Virus record (IMG/VR): IMGVR_UViG_3300031566_000364 | Coordinates: 1 to 24,039 of that record | Source of the DNA: a virus | Taxonomy: Duplodnaviria; Caudoviricetes | Strand: one strand, 5' to 3' | DNA: 24,039 nucleotides | In this document: positions 9,148 through 17,428 of the stretch, piece by piece | Position numbering within the stretch: the stretch's first letter is position 1 | How the letters are laid out: every line of letters starts with the position of its first letter | Made by a program: the position numbers and the translations under genes | Notes under the pieces: generated by a model | What the model saw: only the letters and a program-made list of their open reading frames with translations | The model's database searches: none | What the model was told of the DNA's origin: nothing

Positions 9148-9369
9148 CTACTTTACCCTCGTCGACATCTCTCCGCCCATCCGCGGGAAGGTTTCCGCAC
9201 TCCCACAAATACGCGGGAATATCTCCATACTGCCACCGATACGCGGGAATGTTTGCATTCGTCCCCTGACAATTAACTCAACTTCAAGTATCAGAGAGAA
9301 CAAGGCACTGATCATATACGTTCGTTCCCGTTGATCAAGCAACGCATCCGGCCAGAGGAATAGATCCAT
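9148..9369 (-). CDS. Hypothetical 73-aa protein with three 10-aa repeats (FPR[I/M]xG)
   Basis: Fills the gap exactly (TAATG coupling at 9369, stop just before the next ATG); repeats TFPRIGGSME / IFPRICGSAE / TFPRMGGEMS. Confidence 0.7.
   Translation of the reverse strand: MDLFLWPDALLDQRERTYMISALFSLILEVELIVRGRMQTFPRIGGSMEIFPRICGSAETFPRMGGEMSTRVK
9170..9259. repeat. Three imperfect 30-bp tandem coding repeats
   Basis: CGCGGGAA core at 9182, 9212 and 9242 (period 30). Confidence 0.85.
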
Positions 9370-11153
9370 TATGCATCCTCCGCTTTAGCCCACTGCTGCG
9401 TCGTTCCGTCGTCTGTGACAGCCTGTTCAGTTACCGGTGTAACTCCAGTGTTTTCGTAGGTAGTCGCTGTGCCAGTTCCGCCGACTCCCTTGACCAGTTT
9501 GTTTCTGCCGAAGAATCGCAAGAACAATTGGACAACCATCCCGCGGAAGGTCGTCGCCACTCCAGTTGGTGAGGTGATAGGAAGGGTATCTAACCCATCA
9601 GCGGCTAATGCATAACCATTTTTACTGTCACAGTCAATAATAGTGGCAGACGCTGCAGAAACCTTTGTTCTGTCGTATCGCGTATTCGTGATAACCATAT
9701 CAACTGCGCCGGCACTCGTGTACAAATCATAACTTCCACCACTGCCAATCGTACTCGTGTAGATTCGGCAGTTCTCGACAAGGACCGTTGTATCATATGT
9801 ACCCGAGTCCTTTTTGGTACGGATTCCACACACAGGCGATGTAATGTTTGCGTGACTGCCCCTGCCATACAGATCACAGTTGCGCAGTATAATACAACCC
9901 CGCTCAGCATACAACGGGGCGATTATCTCAGCACCGGCAACCGCTTTATCAGCCCACAGTTTTGTGTTTTCGACTACTACAATAGGATTACCTCCTACTA
10001 TAGAGATTGGACGACAGTGATTTGCACCACCATAGGACCCGTCACTCTCAAGCCAGCAGTTCCGAATCAACCAGTTCCCGGCTTCAATTGCAATTCCATC
10101 ATAGTCACACTTAACACGACAGTTTTCGATGCGCATATTTGTGATACCGCCTGTATCACGTATCCCGTCTTGCGAGACATCGATGTCGCAGTCATGGATA
10201 AATATGTTCTTTCGCGCGTCAGTTTCGGCGGCAAATATACCGATTCTGGTCGCTGATGTTATGGACATGCACCCAATTTCACAGTCATCGTAACAATTGA
10301 AAAGTTCGTTTATACCGTCACCAGTTATATTTGTGACACCAATCCCAGCCCCAATCAGTCGTAGTGACTTTGTAGCTGCTTTGAGATCCGTACTCTCAGC
10401 ATATGTTCCCGCTGCTATCATCATAGTATCACCACTCGCGGCAAGCGTTATGGCTTGGGCTATGGTGGCTTTTGCGTCAATCGGCGATTTGCCCGAATAG
10501 GCGGCGTTACCGTTGGTGCCGTCAACGAACCACGTATTACCGGCGATTGCGGAGTCGTGAGTTCGTCCAGCGAGAGCGCCATGGAGTGTAATTCCGCCAG
10601 TCCCATCAAGAAGATCGTCAAGTTTGGCAGCAGAAGCCGCTGCCAGACCAGATACAACTATGCCAGTTGCCGCAGTAATATTGGTTGGCGTGGCTAACCC
10701 ACTCTGGATTTTTGTTACAGTAGCAGCTTCAACACTCGCTGCATCAATCCAATCTGGCGGTGCGGCAGGAAGATTTGTTAAAGTGGTTATTGTGCCGCTA
10801 TCAGCTTCAACATGCGGACTTAGATCACATTCAACCACTGCAGGTAGAAACAGGACATTGTCTTCAGTCACCATCAATTGAACGTGGTCAACACCGGTAG
10901 CAAAGGCAGCATCGGGAAAGTCTACGCGCCACAGACCGTTGCCGCAATTAAAGATCTTGTTGTCTTCGTGCGCCGAATTGGCAGCAGCCAGAAGAGCCGG
11001 ACAACCAGTTAATACCTGGGCAGCCTGGTCCCGCTGATAGATCACGTTAAAGTCGGTAGTGGGGCTTGGGTTCGTTGCCCACGTGCCGCCAGTCACACCA
11101 TCCTGGAGGTTAAAGTATGCAGATTGGTTTGTTGCGTTCTTGGCGACTATCAT
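9369..11153 (-). CDS. Virion fibre/spike protein with a central right-handed beta-helix (pectin lyase-like) domain, 594 aa
   Basis: TWFVDGTNGN...G.S...AKATIAQAITLAASGDTMMIAAGTYAE beta-helix cap followed by IHDCDI, IENCRV, IRNCWL, LRNCDL and VENCRI rungs; separate N- and C-terminal domains. Confidence 0.8.
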   Translation of the reverse strand: MIVAKNATNQSAYFNLQDGVTGGTWATNPSPTTDFNVIYQRDQAAQVLTGCPALLAAANSAHEDNKIFNCGNGLWRVDFPDAAFATGVDHVQLMVTEDNVLFLPAVVECDLSPHVEADSGTITTLTNLPAAPPDWIDAASVEAATVTKIQSGLATPTNITAATGIVVSGLAAASAAKLDDLLDGTGGITLHGALAGRTHDSAIAGNTWFVDGTNGNAAYSGKSPIDAKATIAQAITLAASGDTMMIAAGTYAESTDLKAATKSLRLIGAGIGVTNITGDGINELFNCYDDCEIGCMSITSATRIGIFAAETDARKNIFIHDCDIDVSQDGIRDTGGITNMRIENCRVKCDYDGIAIEAGNWLIRNCWLESDGSYGGANHCRPISIVGGNPIVVVENTKLWADKAVAGAEIIAPLYAERGCIILRNCDLYGRGSHANITSPVCGIRTKKDSGTYDTTVLVENCRIYTSTIGSGGSYDLYTSAGAVDMVITNTRYDRTKVSAASATIIDCDSKNGYALAADGLDTLPITSPTGVATTFRGMVVQLFLRFFGRNKLVKGVGGTGTATTYENTGVTPVTEQAVTDDGTTQQWAKAEDA

Positions 11154-12265
11154 TGTTTGCCTCCTGCCTTACCAATCCTCGGCAGCCACATACTCGGTAG
11201 TCCACGAGCAAAGCGGAGTACGTTATTGCCGGCGTCATCCATCGCAACTTCGCTTCGCAATTCACCTGCACCAAGCAACAGTCCGAACTTGTGGTTTACT
11301 TTGTCTTCATAGCCGTCAGTCGCGCCTATTACCTCGGTGTTAACCCCTTTGTACAACGAGGCAAGCTTGACACCGACAGATATTCCAGTGTTGCCGGCAA
11401 AGTAGTTGAACAGGTCGATAATGTACGCCGTGTCCATGTAGATGGCTCTAGTTGTGTTGTTTGTTAACCGGTTGCCAAACGCCAGAATAGGTCCATCAGT
11501 ACCATACAAACCGTACTGCTGACCGTCCATCACACAGAACGCAGCTACCTGACAAGGAGCCAGTCTGAACCCAGCCGTGCCACAATCATGTGCAAGACAC
11601 ACTATATGAGCTGATGGACCTGAAGTTGGAAAAAAGCCATAGGCGGAATTGTCGATTGCAGAACAACCAATAAACATGCATCGGCCGGTCGAGGTATACC
11701 CAAATGCGTTCCCGTTAGCTTGGCAACCGAAAAATATGCTGTCGTAAAACCTCTTTAATCCAGCAATACTGTCACCCCAACCGCTGATAACAGCATCATG
11801 AGAATAACAATTGATAAAGGCTATTCCGTATGCATGATTAGTTATGCAAACCGCGTTGCTGCCTATTGAACGACCTAATTCGAAGTTGCGAAATGTGAGG
11901 TCGTACATTGAGTCAAACGACAAGCAGTTGACTGCCCCACCAGCTCCTCCACCGTCTAACTTAGTGCGTGTACCGTTTTCAACCCAACTATCTCCAGCCT
12001 CGATGCCGATGTACGTAATTGGTGTTCCCAGAGCCGAGTCGCCGACATTGATGTCAACATTTATGGTAACAGCGCCGACGCCCCTATCATCATTTCCGGT
12101 GTTATTGAGCATGTACGTGCCGCGGATGTACACTGTGTCACCAGCAATTGCTGTGTCGAAAGCCAATTGCAGACCGGATGTGTTTAACCAGGGGTTTGCC
12201 GATGTGCCAACATCACCGCCACCCCCTACATTCTGTCCATCGTCAACATAATAGGTACTGGCCAT
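11150..12265 (-). CDS. Right-handed beta-helix (pectin lyase-like) protein, 371 aa
   Basis: STYYVDDG...GTSANPW...LQLAFDTAIAGDTVYIRG cap; FINCYSHD, FFGCQANGN, FIGCSAIDN and VCLAHDCG rungs. Confidence 0.8.
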   Translation of the reverse strand: MASTYYVDDGQNVGGGGDVGTSANPWLNTSGLQLAFDTAIAGDTVYIRGTYMLNNTGNDDRGVGAVTINVDINVGDSALGTPITYIGIEAGDSWVENGTRTKLDGGGAGGAVNCLSFDSMYDLTFRNFELGRSIGSNAVCITNHAYGIAFINCYSHDAVISGWGDSIAGLKRFYDSIFFGCQANGNAFGYTSTGRCMFIGCSAIDNSAYGFFPTSGPSAHIVCLAHDCGTAGFRLAPCQVAAFCVMDGQQYGLYGTDGPILAFGNRLTNNTTRAIYMDTAYIIDLFNYFAGNTGISVGVKLASLYKGVNTEVIGATDGYEDKVNHKFGLLLGAGELRSEVAMDDAGNNVLRFARGLPSMWLPRIGKAGGKQ

Positions 12266-12266
12266 T

Positions 12267-12725
12267 TTACTTTACCACTGTCTCGGCGTAAACGAAAACT
12301 TCCTTCTGGAACTTCTGAATCGTTACGCCATCGGCGTCTTCTACCTTTTCAATCTTCACATTTGGTCTTTTTTGTGAAGTTGAGTTATTCTCCTTGCGGT
12401 ACTCTTCTTCGTCTATCTCGACCCATTGCTTCGTGTCGCCCACACGATGCTTGCAATTCTCCGCACAGACAGGCAGACCGCGCTCTACCAACCAGGAATT
12501 TACGTGAGAGCAACGTGACACCTGCGCCCAGTTTCCACCGGTAACGGTCCATGTTGGTTGCTGCTTGCAATTGACGAAGTTGCCCCCATGAATGGTTAGG
12601 TTCCTAACGTCATTACAAATCTCGGTATTAGGGTAAAGTTGGGAACAGTTGCACGATTCAACGACGTCGCCGTCTTTGAACGGCGGATCTTTGAACGACC
12701 AGTTGCCTGTTTCTATCGTTGTCAT
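12267..12725 (-). CDS. Hypothetical Cys/His-rich protein, 152 aa
   Basis: Stop lies just upstream of the 11150..12265 start; GGNFVNC and GGNWAQ repeats; CSH...CAENCKH cluster. Confidence 0.7.
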   Translation of the reverse strand: MTTIETGNWSFKDPPFKDGDVVESCNCSQLYPNTEICNDVRNLTIHGGNFVNCKQQPTWTVTGGNWAQVSRCSHVNSWLVERGLPVCAENCKHRVGDTKQWVEIDEEEYRKENNSTSQKRPNVKIEKVEDADGVTIQKFQKEVFVYAETVVK

Positions 12726-12786
12726 CGTAAGACCTTAATGTCTGTTTCTTCCACACAACTGTTGTCAGCGTCCTGCAATCCATCGA

Positions 12787-13164
12787 TCACCGTGAATGCC
12801 AGTAAAGCGATATTGCAGACGTAGTGCCATTCCCGGAGCCTACGAACTTCACGGCGTGCATTCCCTTGACGTCGAGAACAAAGACTACTGACGCTGCGTT
12901 GGCAAGCGTTACCGGACTGCCGCTTGACCCTACTACCGGAAACTTGTATGTCCCAGCAGTAAAATCGGCAGCAGCGTTGACGTATTCTTTGAATACCCCG
13001 TCGGGGTGTGCCTGAACCTCGACTGAGAATGCGTCAAGTGCACCGGTGCCGCCGTTTGCAACCTCTACTGCCATCCGAGAGGCTCCATCCTCAACTTCCA
13101 CAGTGCCTATCTCAGTTGTCCCGGCGACTTCGACAGTCTTTACTATTTTTCCTTGCCAACTCAT
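12787..13164 (-). CDS. Putative head-accessory beta-sandwich protein, 125 aa
   Basis: V/G/A/T-rich; MAVEVANGGTGALDAFSVEVQAHPDG..F pattern; lies in the block after the capsid genes; ATGA-coupled. Confidence 0.55.
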   Translation of the reverse strand: MSWQGKIVKTVEVAGTTEIGTVEVEDGASRMAVEVANGGTGALDAFSVEVQAHPDGVFKEYVNAAADFTAGTYKFPVVGSSGSPVTLANAASVVFVLDVKGMHAVKFVGSGNGTTSAISLYWHSR

Positions 13165-13418
13165 TCTCTTACTGCCCTCCTCTTAGCGATCTTTTTGTTG
13201 GCCTTTCTTCCGACAGACACGTTCGTTGTCGTTTCTGGCGGCGTCGTTTTCACTTCCACCGTCGAAGTACTCTTCGACTTGTCTGATTTTACCAGCTCGA
13301 CCATTTGGCCGACCCCGTCTGGGTCCCAGTGCTTGTCACGGAGCTCAAACGTGTCTCCAGCGGTGTACAGACTGCCTCTGTACCGGATGAACTTGGTTGG
13401 CTTTACTCGTACCTTCAT
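13161..13418 (-). CDS. Small basic virion-associated protein (85 aa; likely start MKVRVK at 13418 rather than 13475)
   Basis: AAGAAAGGA upstream of ATG 13418 and no overlap with the previous gene; MKVRV...RYRGSLYTAGDTFEL motif is typical of small post-capsid genes; Lys/Arg-rich tail. Confidence 0.65.
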   Translation of the reverse strand: MKVRVKPTKFIRYRGSLYTAGDTFELRDKHWDPDGVGQMVELVKSDKSKSTSTVEVKTTPPETTTNVSVGRKANKKIAKRRAVRE

Positions 13419-13458
13419 GTTAGGTCCTTTCTTGCCGGACGTATCCGGCGTGTTGCCC

Positions 13459-13971
13459 TTATGCAGTGGCGCCAATAACGATTACGTCGACTGCGACTGT
13501 CGCACCGGAACCGGTTGAATCCAGTCCGATGATCTTGTGAGTGCCGTCAATTACAATCTTGTCGACAGGACTCCAGATCAGGAAGCATCCAAGCGGATCG
13601 ATTTGGATCTCGACATTGTCGTCGACGAGTCCGGTGAGGCCGAAGTCGAGTGAGTTCGCCACCGTTGGGTCAATTGTGATGTATTGCCCGGCGGTAGTGT
13701 TTTTGTTTACAACCAGGACTCCGTTGCACTTCACCAGAACAAGAGTCTGGCCGAAGGCATCCGTTATGGTAGCAAGGTCAATACTTTGCGTCGTATTGAC
13801 AACGGAGTAGGAATCATGGAACAGCCGGTCAGCCTTGTTTGCACCGGTTCCGGTAGCCAGTGCTTGTGAAAGCGAGTAGTCCATCGAATCCGTCGGCGTC
13901 GACAGATCGATTGGATCAATGTACTCGCACGTGAAGCGTAGGCCAAGTCGTGTTGAGAGTGCTCTGGCCAT
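13459..13971 (-). CDS. Putative structural protein, 170 aa, paralog of 22402..22905
   Basis: Shares DLS.P.D, G.G.N.AD...D, IDL....DAFG..L...K.....N and the terminal D....G with 22402..22905; AGAAAGG upstream. Confidence 0.75.
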   Translation of the reverse strand: MARALSTRLGLRFTCEYIDPIDLSTPTDSMDYSLSQALATGTGANKADRLFHDSYSVVNTTQSIDLATITDAFGQTLVLVKCNGVLVVNKNTTAGQYITIDPTVANSLDFGLTGLVDDNVEIQIDPLGCFLIWSPVDKIVIDGTHKIIGLDSTGSGATVAVDVIVIGATA

Positions 13972-14012
13972 TATTTATACCTTTCTTTCTTTTTCTTGGT
14001 TTCTGGCAGTTC

Positions 14013-14768
14013 TTATCGCAGCTGCCAAACGTCGAAGTAATCGATGTACATGTACCTCGACGCAACGCTGTCGTTTTGGATTGCGAAAGAGACTGCCATC
14101 GGTTCGTCGTCGTTGATGTTGGTAGTTACCGGCGTACCCTTGACTCCGTTGACGTACGGAACTAGGATAGAGACACCGTCCCAACCGAAAGCGAGATCGA
14201 TGAATATCCCGTCTTCCATTGTGGCCGCAGCGGCAACGGTGGTAGCTGCTGCATCCTTGTCGGAGACGAAGCCGACTAGAGCATTGCCAGTGGTGTCGGC
14301 CTTGAAGAAACCGGCACTGTCTTGCCTTCCTGTCATGATGGCCGTGTCTGTGACGTTCAACCCGACAAACAGAGCACATAACGAGATATCGTCGACTGCC
14401 ACTCCTGCTTCGAACCACACCGGATAACCGGCACGGAACAAAACAGACTCGTTATTACATTGGAAGTTGATGTCGTCGTCGTCAGCAGTGGCATCTGTCG
14501 TCAGCTTCAGTACCCCGTTGGCAAGGTTGGCAAGTGCCACTGTGCCACCGCCGGTACCATTCTTGGTGATCGCCCAATCTGCCGCTGTGAAGTGGGCAAA
14601 GTCGTCGCCGTAGTGATACCAGTCACGGGCATTCTGCAATCCGACATGGAAAGCTCTCGGGCCTCTCACCAAAGACCCATACATATCGGCCTGGAGGTCT
14701 GACGGGTTCCTCTCGGAGACCGTTGTCGGACCTCGGTCTAATCTGTCTGGGAATCGTAGCATTAACAT
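14013..14768 (-). CDS. Putative head decoration protein with a beta-sandwich (lectin/ConA-like) fold, 251 aa
   Basis: YGDDF......WAIT, NGVLKLTT, VWFEA, LFVGL, LVPYVNGV and MYIDYFDVWQLR pattern; second gene after MCP; GAAAGGA upstream. Confidence 0.6.
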   Translation of the reverse strand: MLMLRFPDRLDRGPTTVSERNPSDLQADMYGSLVRGPRAFHVGLQNARDWYHYGDDFAHFTAADWAITKNGTGGGTVALANLANGVLKLTTDATADDDDINFQCNNESVLFRAGYPVWFEAGVAVDDISLCALFVGLNVTDTAIMTGRQDSAGFFKADTTGNALVGFVSDKDAAATTVAAAATMEDGIFIDLAFGWDGVSILVPYVNGVKGTPVTTNINDDEPMAVSFAIQNDSVASRYMYIDYFDVWQLR

Positions 14769-14804
14769 TTTCCTTTCTTCTGTCGTAGAAAACTAGCAAT
14801 GAGC

Positions 14805-14853
14805 GGCAGGCATCTAAGGGAGGAAACGCCGGAAGCACCTAAAGATGCCTGCC
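14805..14853 (-). promoter_or_regulatory. Intergenic stem-loop (11-bp perfect arms, 27-nt loop)
   Basis: GGCAGGCATCT (14805-14815) pairs with AGATGCCTGCC (14843-14853); no U-tract follows on the minus strand. Confidence 0.6.
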
Positions 14854-14874
14854 TGCCCTGTCGCCACCTTCCTA

Positions 14875-15285
14875 TTACACCGGTGATTGCTTCGCCATGC
14901 CGAAAGCGACACAGGAAGCAAGCGCCTTGTTTGCCTCGTCGATTTCGAGTCTGACGCCGACGAAGTAGAACCCGCCGGCAGTGTCCAACTCTTCTGCACG
15001 GGCATCCGCTACGGCCACTCCGTCGGTGACTGTTGCAGTTGCGGTGAAGGTTCCGGCAGTGCCGAGTGCCTTAGCACCGGCCCCTGCAGCAGATGTTGCT
15101 TGCAACAGCGTGACTGTCATGATCTTCGTGTTCGTGATGGTCCCGCAAATTCCGATGCCGAGGAATCGCTCGTATTTACGAGCATCCACAAAAACCACGG
15201 AGTCGTTGTCGAATCCGATGATTCCTGAATCGGCTGCCGGAAGCGCGCCTGGATGCAATTTGAGAATTTCGCCAAGTTCGTACAT
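14875..15285 (-). CDS. Putative capsid cement/decoration protein, 136 aa
   Basis: First gene after MCP; VDARKYE, TVTLLQATSAAGAGAKAL and ELDTAGGFYFVGVRL pattern of jelly-roll cement proteins. Confidence 0.65.
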   Translation of the reverse strand: MYELGEILKLHPGALPAADSGIIGFDNDSVVFVDARKYERFLGIGICGTITNTKIMTVTLLQATSAAGAGAKALGTAGTFTATATVTDGVAVADARAEELDTAGGFYFVGVRLEIDEANKALASCVAFGMAKQSPV

Positions 15286-15324
15286 TCCAATAACCTTTTT
15301 TCGGTTAGGTGTTTATGTTGGCTA

Positions 15325-16494
15325 TTAGACCTTGATCCCGTCGATGATGTCGAACTCCGCCGGCTGGCGGACTATGCAATCGACGCGCATGATCGCACGG
15401 ACCCAGGTCTGGTCATACTTGAAAGAGTCTCCGCCAACGTCAGTGGCGACGATCTCGATCGAGTCCTTCTGGCCGATCAGGAACTCAGTCCAGTTTCCGA
15501 GGATGCCGTAGGAGCAGGAGGTGCCTACTCCGCACGTTCTGTTCGTCGGAATCTGGGTAGTCCATCGAACTGGGAAGCCAAGCAGGGCATCGTCGATACC
15601 CTTGGCAAGGTTCCCGAGCTCCAACAGATACCGTCCGGCGCCGTCTTTCAACTGCCTGAGGGTGTTCTTCGTCCTCGGGTTGAAGACCCATCCGGTATAC
15701 GTTCCATTAGCCAGTTCGATGACGCTCATGGCGTCCAGCAGGTCGTCGTAGGTCGGCTGAGCGCCGTTTCCGCCGCCGAGAATGGTCGTGGAGATACGGG
15801 CATCGTTCAGGATGCCAAGCGGCTGCGTGCCGCCAGCTCCCTGGATGAACACGAGATCTTCAGCCAGTTGACAGGCCGTTACGAGGTCCCTCTTGATGAT
15901 GTCGTCAGCAGCCGGCGAAGCGTCTCTCAGCAGAGAGTTCTGAATCGGAACAAGGCCAAGGGCCTCTTTCAGAACGAGCTGGTTCTGCTTGAACGTCGGT
16001 TGTGACTGGACGGACGTAGCGTCGGTGCCTTCGGCTACCCACGTAACCGTCGCGCCGGTGGCCTGCCCACCGATGAGGAGCGTGTCGCCCTTCATGTTGT
16101 ACGTCGACGGGTTCAACCCGCGGACCACGGCCTTCGCTCGCAGCAATCCGATGAAACCGGAGGAAACTTCCGGCGGAACCAGGACGCCGCCGGTGCCCAA
16201 CGTCTGCGAGGACAGTGCCTTCCTGAAAAACCACTTCTCGAGCTTCGCATCTGACCAGTCGCCGGATTTTACCCCGCGAATGTACTTGGCGATCGAGAAA
16301 TAGTTTTTGATCTTGTTTATCGATGGGCCACGCCACGGGGCATCGGAACTGGAACCCCCACGTGACTTGCGCATCGACTTCGCTCGCTTGCTCGGAGCAA
16401 GCCGTTTTTCAACGCGGCCAGAGACATAGGCAGACAGCCTCTTTTGGCGCTTGTTTCTTGCCTTTCTTGCGGCTCTTAACAATGGTCTTGGCAT
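15325..16494 (-). CDS. Major capsid protein, HK97 fold, 389 aa
   Basis: GGVLVPPEVS..FI..LR, TWVAEG, WVFNPRT...LRQLKDGAGRYL, LLGFPVRWTTQIP, ILGNW and SFKYDQTWVRAIMRVD motifs; GC-rich codon usage. Confidence 0.97.
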   Translation of the reverse strand: MPRPLLRAARKARNKRQKRLSAYVSGRVEKRLAPSKRAKSMRKSRGGSSSDAPWRGPSINKIKNYFSIAKYIRGVKSGDWSDAKLEKWFFRKALSSQTLGTGGVLVPPEVSSGFIGLLRAKAVVRGLNPSTYNMKGDTLLIGGQATGATVTWVAEGTDATSVQSQPTFKQNQLVLKEALGLVPIQNSLLRDASPAADDIIKRDLVTACQLAEDLVFIQGAGGTQPLGILNDARISTTILGGGNGAQPTYDDLLDAMSVIELANGTYTGWVFNPRTKNTLRQLKDGAGRYLLELGNLAKGIDDALLGFPVRWTTQIPTNRTCGVGTSCSYGILGNWTEFLIGQKDSIEIVATDVGGDSFKYDQTWVRAIMRVDCIVRQPAEFDIIDGIKV

Positions 16495-16521
16495 TCTTAC
16501 ATCCGATCATTCAGTTGCGGA

Positions 16522-17259
16522 TTAGGTTTTAACCTCTTCCTCTTCGTCTTCGTCTTCCTCTTCGGACTCTTCGCTGGCGGCCTCCTCGTCTTCGAGGTCT
16601 TCCAGCGACTCTTCCTCATCCTCACTGTCGTCGGCTGACTTCTCCAGAAGACCGAGGTCGTCCAGAGTATTGTCTACGGCGGAGTCAATGAGTTCGTCGA
16701 GCTCTTTCCGAGTTAGTGAGATTCGGTCGTCGTCGAGAGAGCGTTTTGCTTTCTTAACGACCTTCAACTTCTTCGTCACCCTTTGCTTCTTCCCCTTGGT
16801 CCCGGACAAAGCGCTCTTCTCGAGCTTCTTCTCCAAGCCTTCAAGGGCTTCGCTGATCTCAGAAAGTTGCTCTCTGTCTTCGTCCGAGAGTTTCACAGTT
16901 GTGGACTTTTTGCCTGTCGGCATCACGAAGCCGTCGCCGGCAGCTTTGGTCAGGACCCCGATCGCCTTTTGGAGATTGTCAGGGAAGTCGCCGAAGTACT
17001 TGCACAAGACTCTGACAGCCTTCTTCAACGATGACTGTTCAGTCTTGGGAACATCAGCTTTTTCCATTCTCTCGACAAAATCCTCCGGAGCATCGTCTCC
17101 GCAGAGTTCAGTCAGGCCTTTTACCAGTTCCTCGTTCATTTTGTTACCTTTCCTTTTTATTACACTGAAATGTCGATTTGAAGCAGGTTCGTCAACAAGA
17201 GAAACTTCCCAGACAAACATGTGTTCCATTTCAACGGGCTTTTTCGGAATCTTTGCCAT
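16522..17259 (-). CDS. Scaffold-like protein carrying the terminal protease strand (EVSLVDEPA) at its N-terminus, 245 aa
   Basis: Position before MCP; charged helical body with an acidic C-tail; N-terminal VWEVSLVDEPASNRHF; internal ATG at 17139 preceded by AAAAGGAAAGG. Confidence 0.8.
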   Translation of the reverse strand: MAKIPKKPVEMEHMFVWEVSLVDEPASNRHFSVIKRKGNKMNEELVKGLTELCGDDAPEDFVERMEKADVPKTEQSSLKKAVRVLCKYFGDFPDNLQKAIGVLTKAAGDGFVMPTGKKSTTVKLSDEDREQLSEISEALEGLEKKLEKSALSGTKGKKQRVTKKLKVVKKAKRSLDDDRISLTRKELDELIDSAVDNTLDDLGLLEKSADDSEDEEESLEDLEDEEAASEESEEEDEDEEEEVKT

Positions 17260-17343
17260 TCTTAATCTTTTCGTTAAAATGTTTGGAGTTCGAGGAAGCC
17301 CTTCTCTTGCGGTCAGAACGCATCGTTTGATCGCCCGACGCTA

Positions 17344-17375
17344 TATAATTATACTCCGGGAGAGTTCATTGGAAA
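17344..17375 (-). promoter_or_regulatory. Candidate sigma70-like promoter for scaffold/MCP
   Basis: Minus strand TTTCCA-16 nt-TATAAT in the only large (169 bp) gap of the operon. The -10 lies within the palindrome TATAATTATA (17344-17353); the -35 is weak. Confidence 0.4.
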
Positions 17376-17428
17376 CAAAAAAGTCACTGGAAAATTGAAA
17401 CATTTTATTCCGACGGAAATCAAAACAT

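Noticed and set aside
1-12725. Diversity-generating retroelement target/template in fibre genes
   Set aside because: No reverse transcriptase, and I saw no ~100-bp repeat pair differing at adenines within the window.
14805-14853. Rho-independent terminator
   Set aside because: Large loop and no U-tract on the coding strand; kept only as a generic stem-loop.
16495-16524. Stop-codon readthrough fusing scaffold to MCP
   Set aside because: The ORFs are in frame but separated by two stops (TAA and TGA). An ancestral fusion is possible, but present-day readthrough is unlikely.
17260-17428. Self-splicing intron or IS interrupting the protease
   Set aside because: Only 169 bp, with no recognisable group I/II core, terminal inverted repeats or transposase. 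Both flanking ORFs have their own stop and start. Not formally excluded without RNA data.
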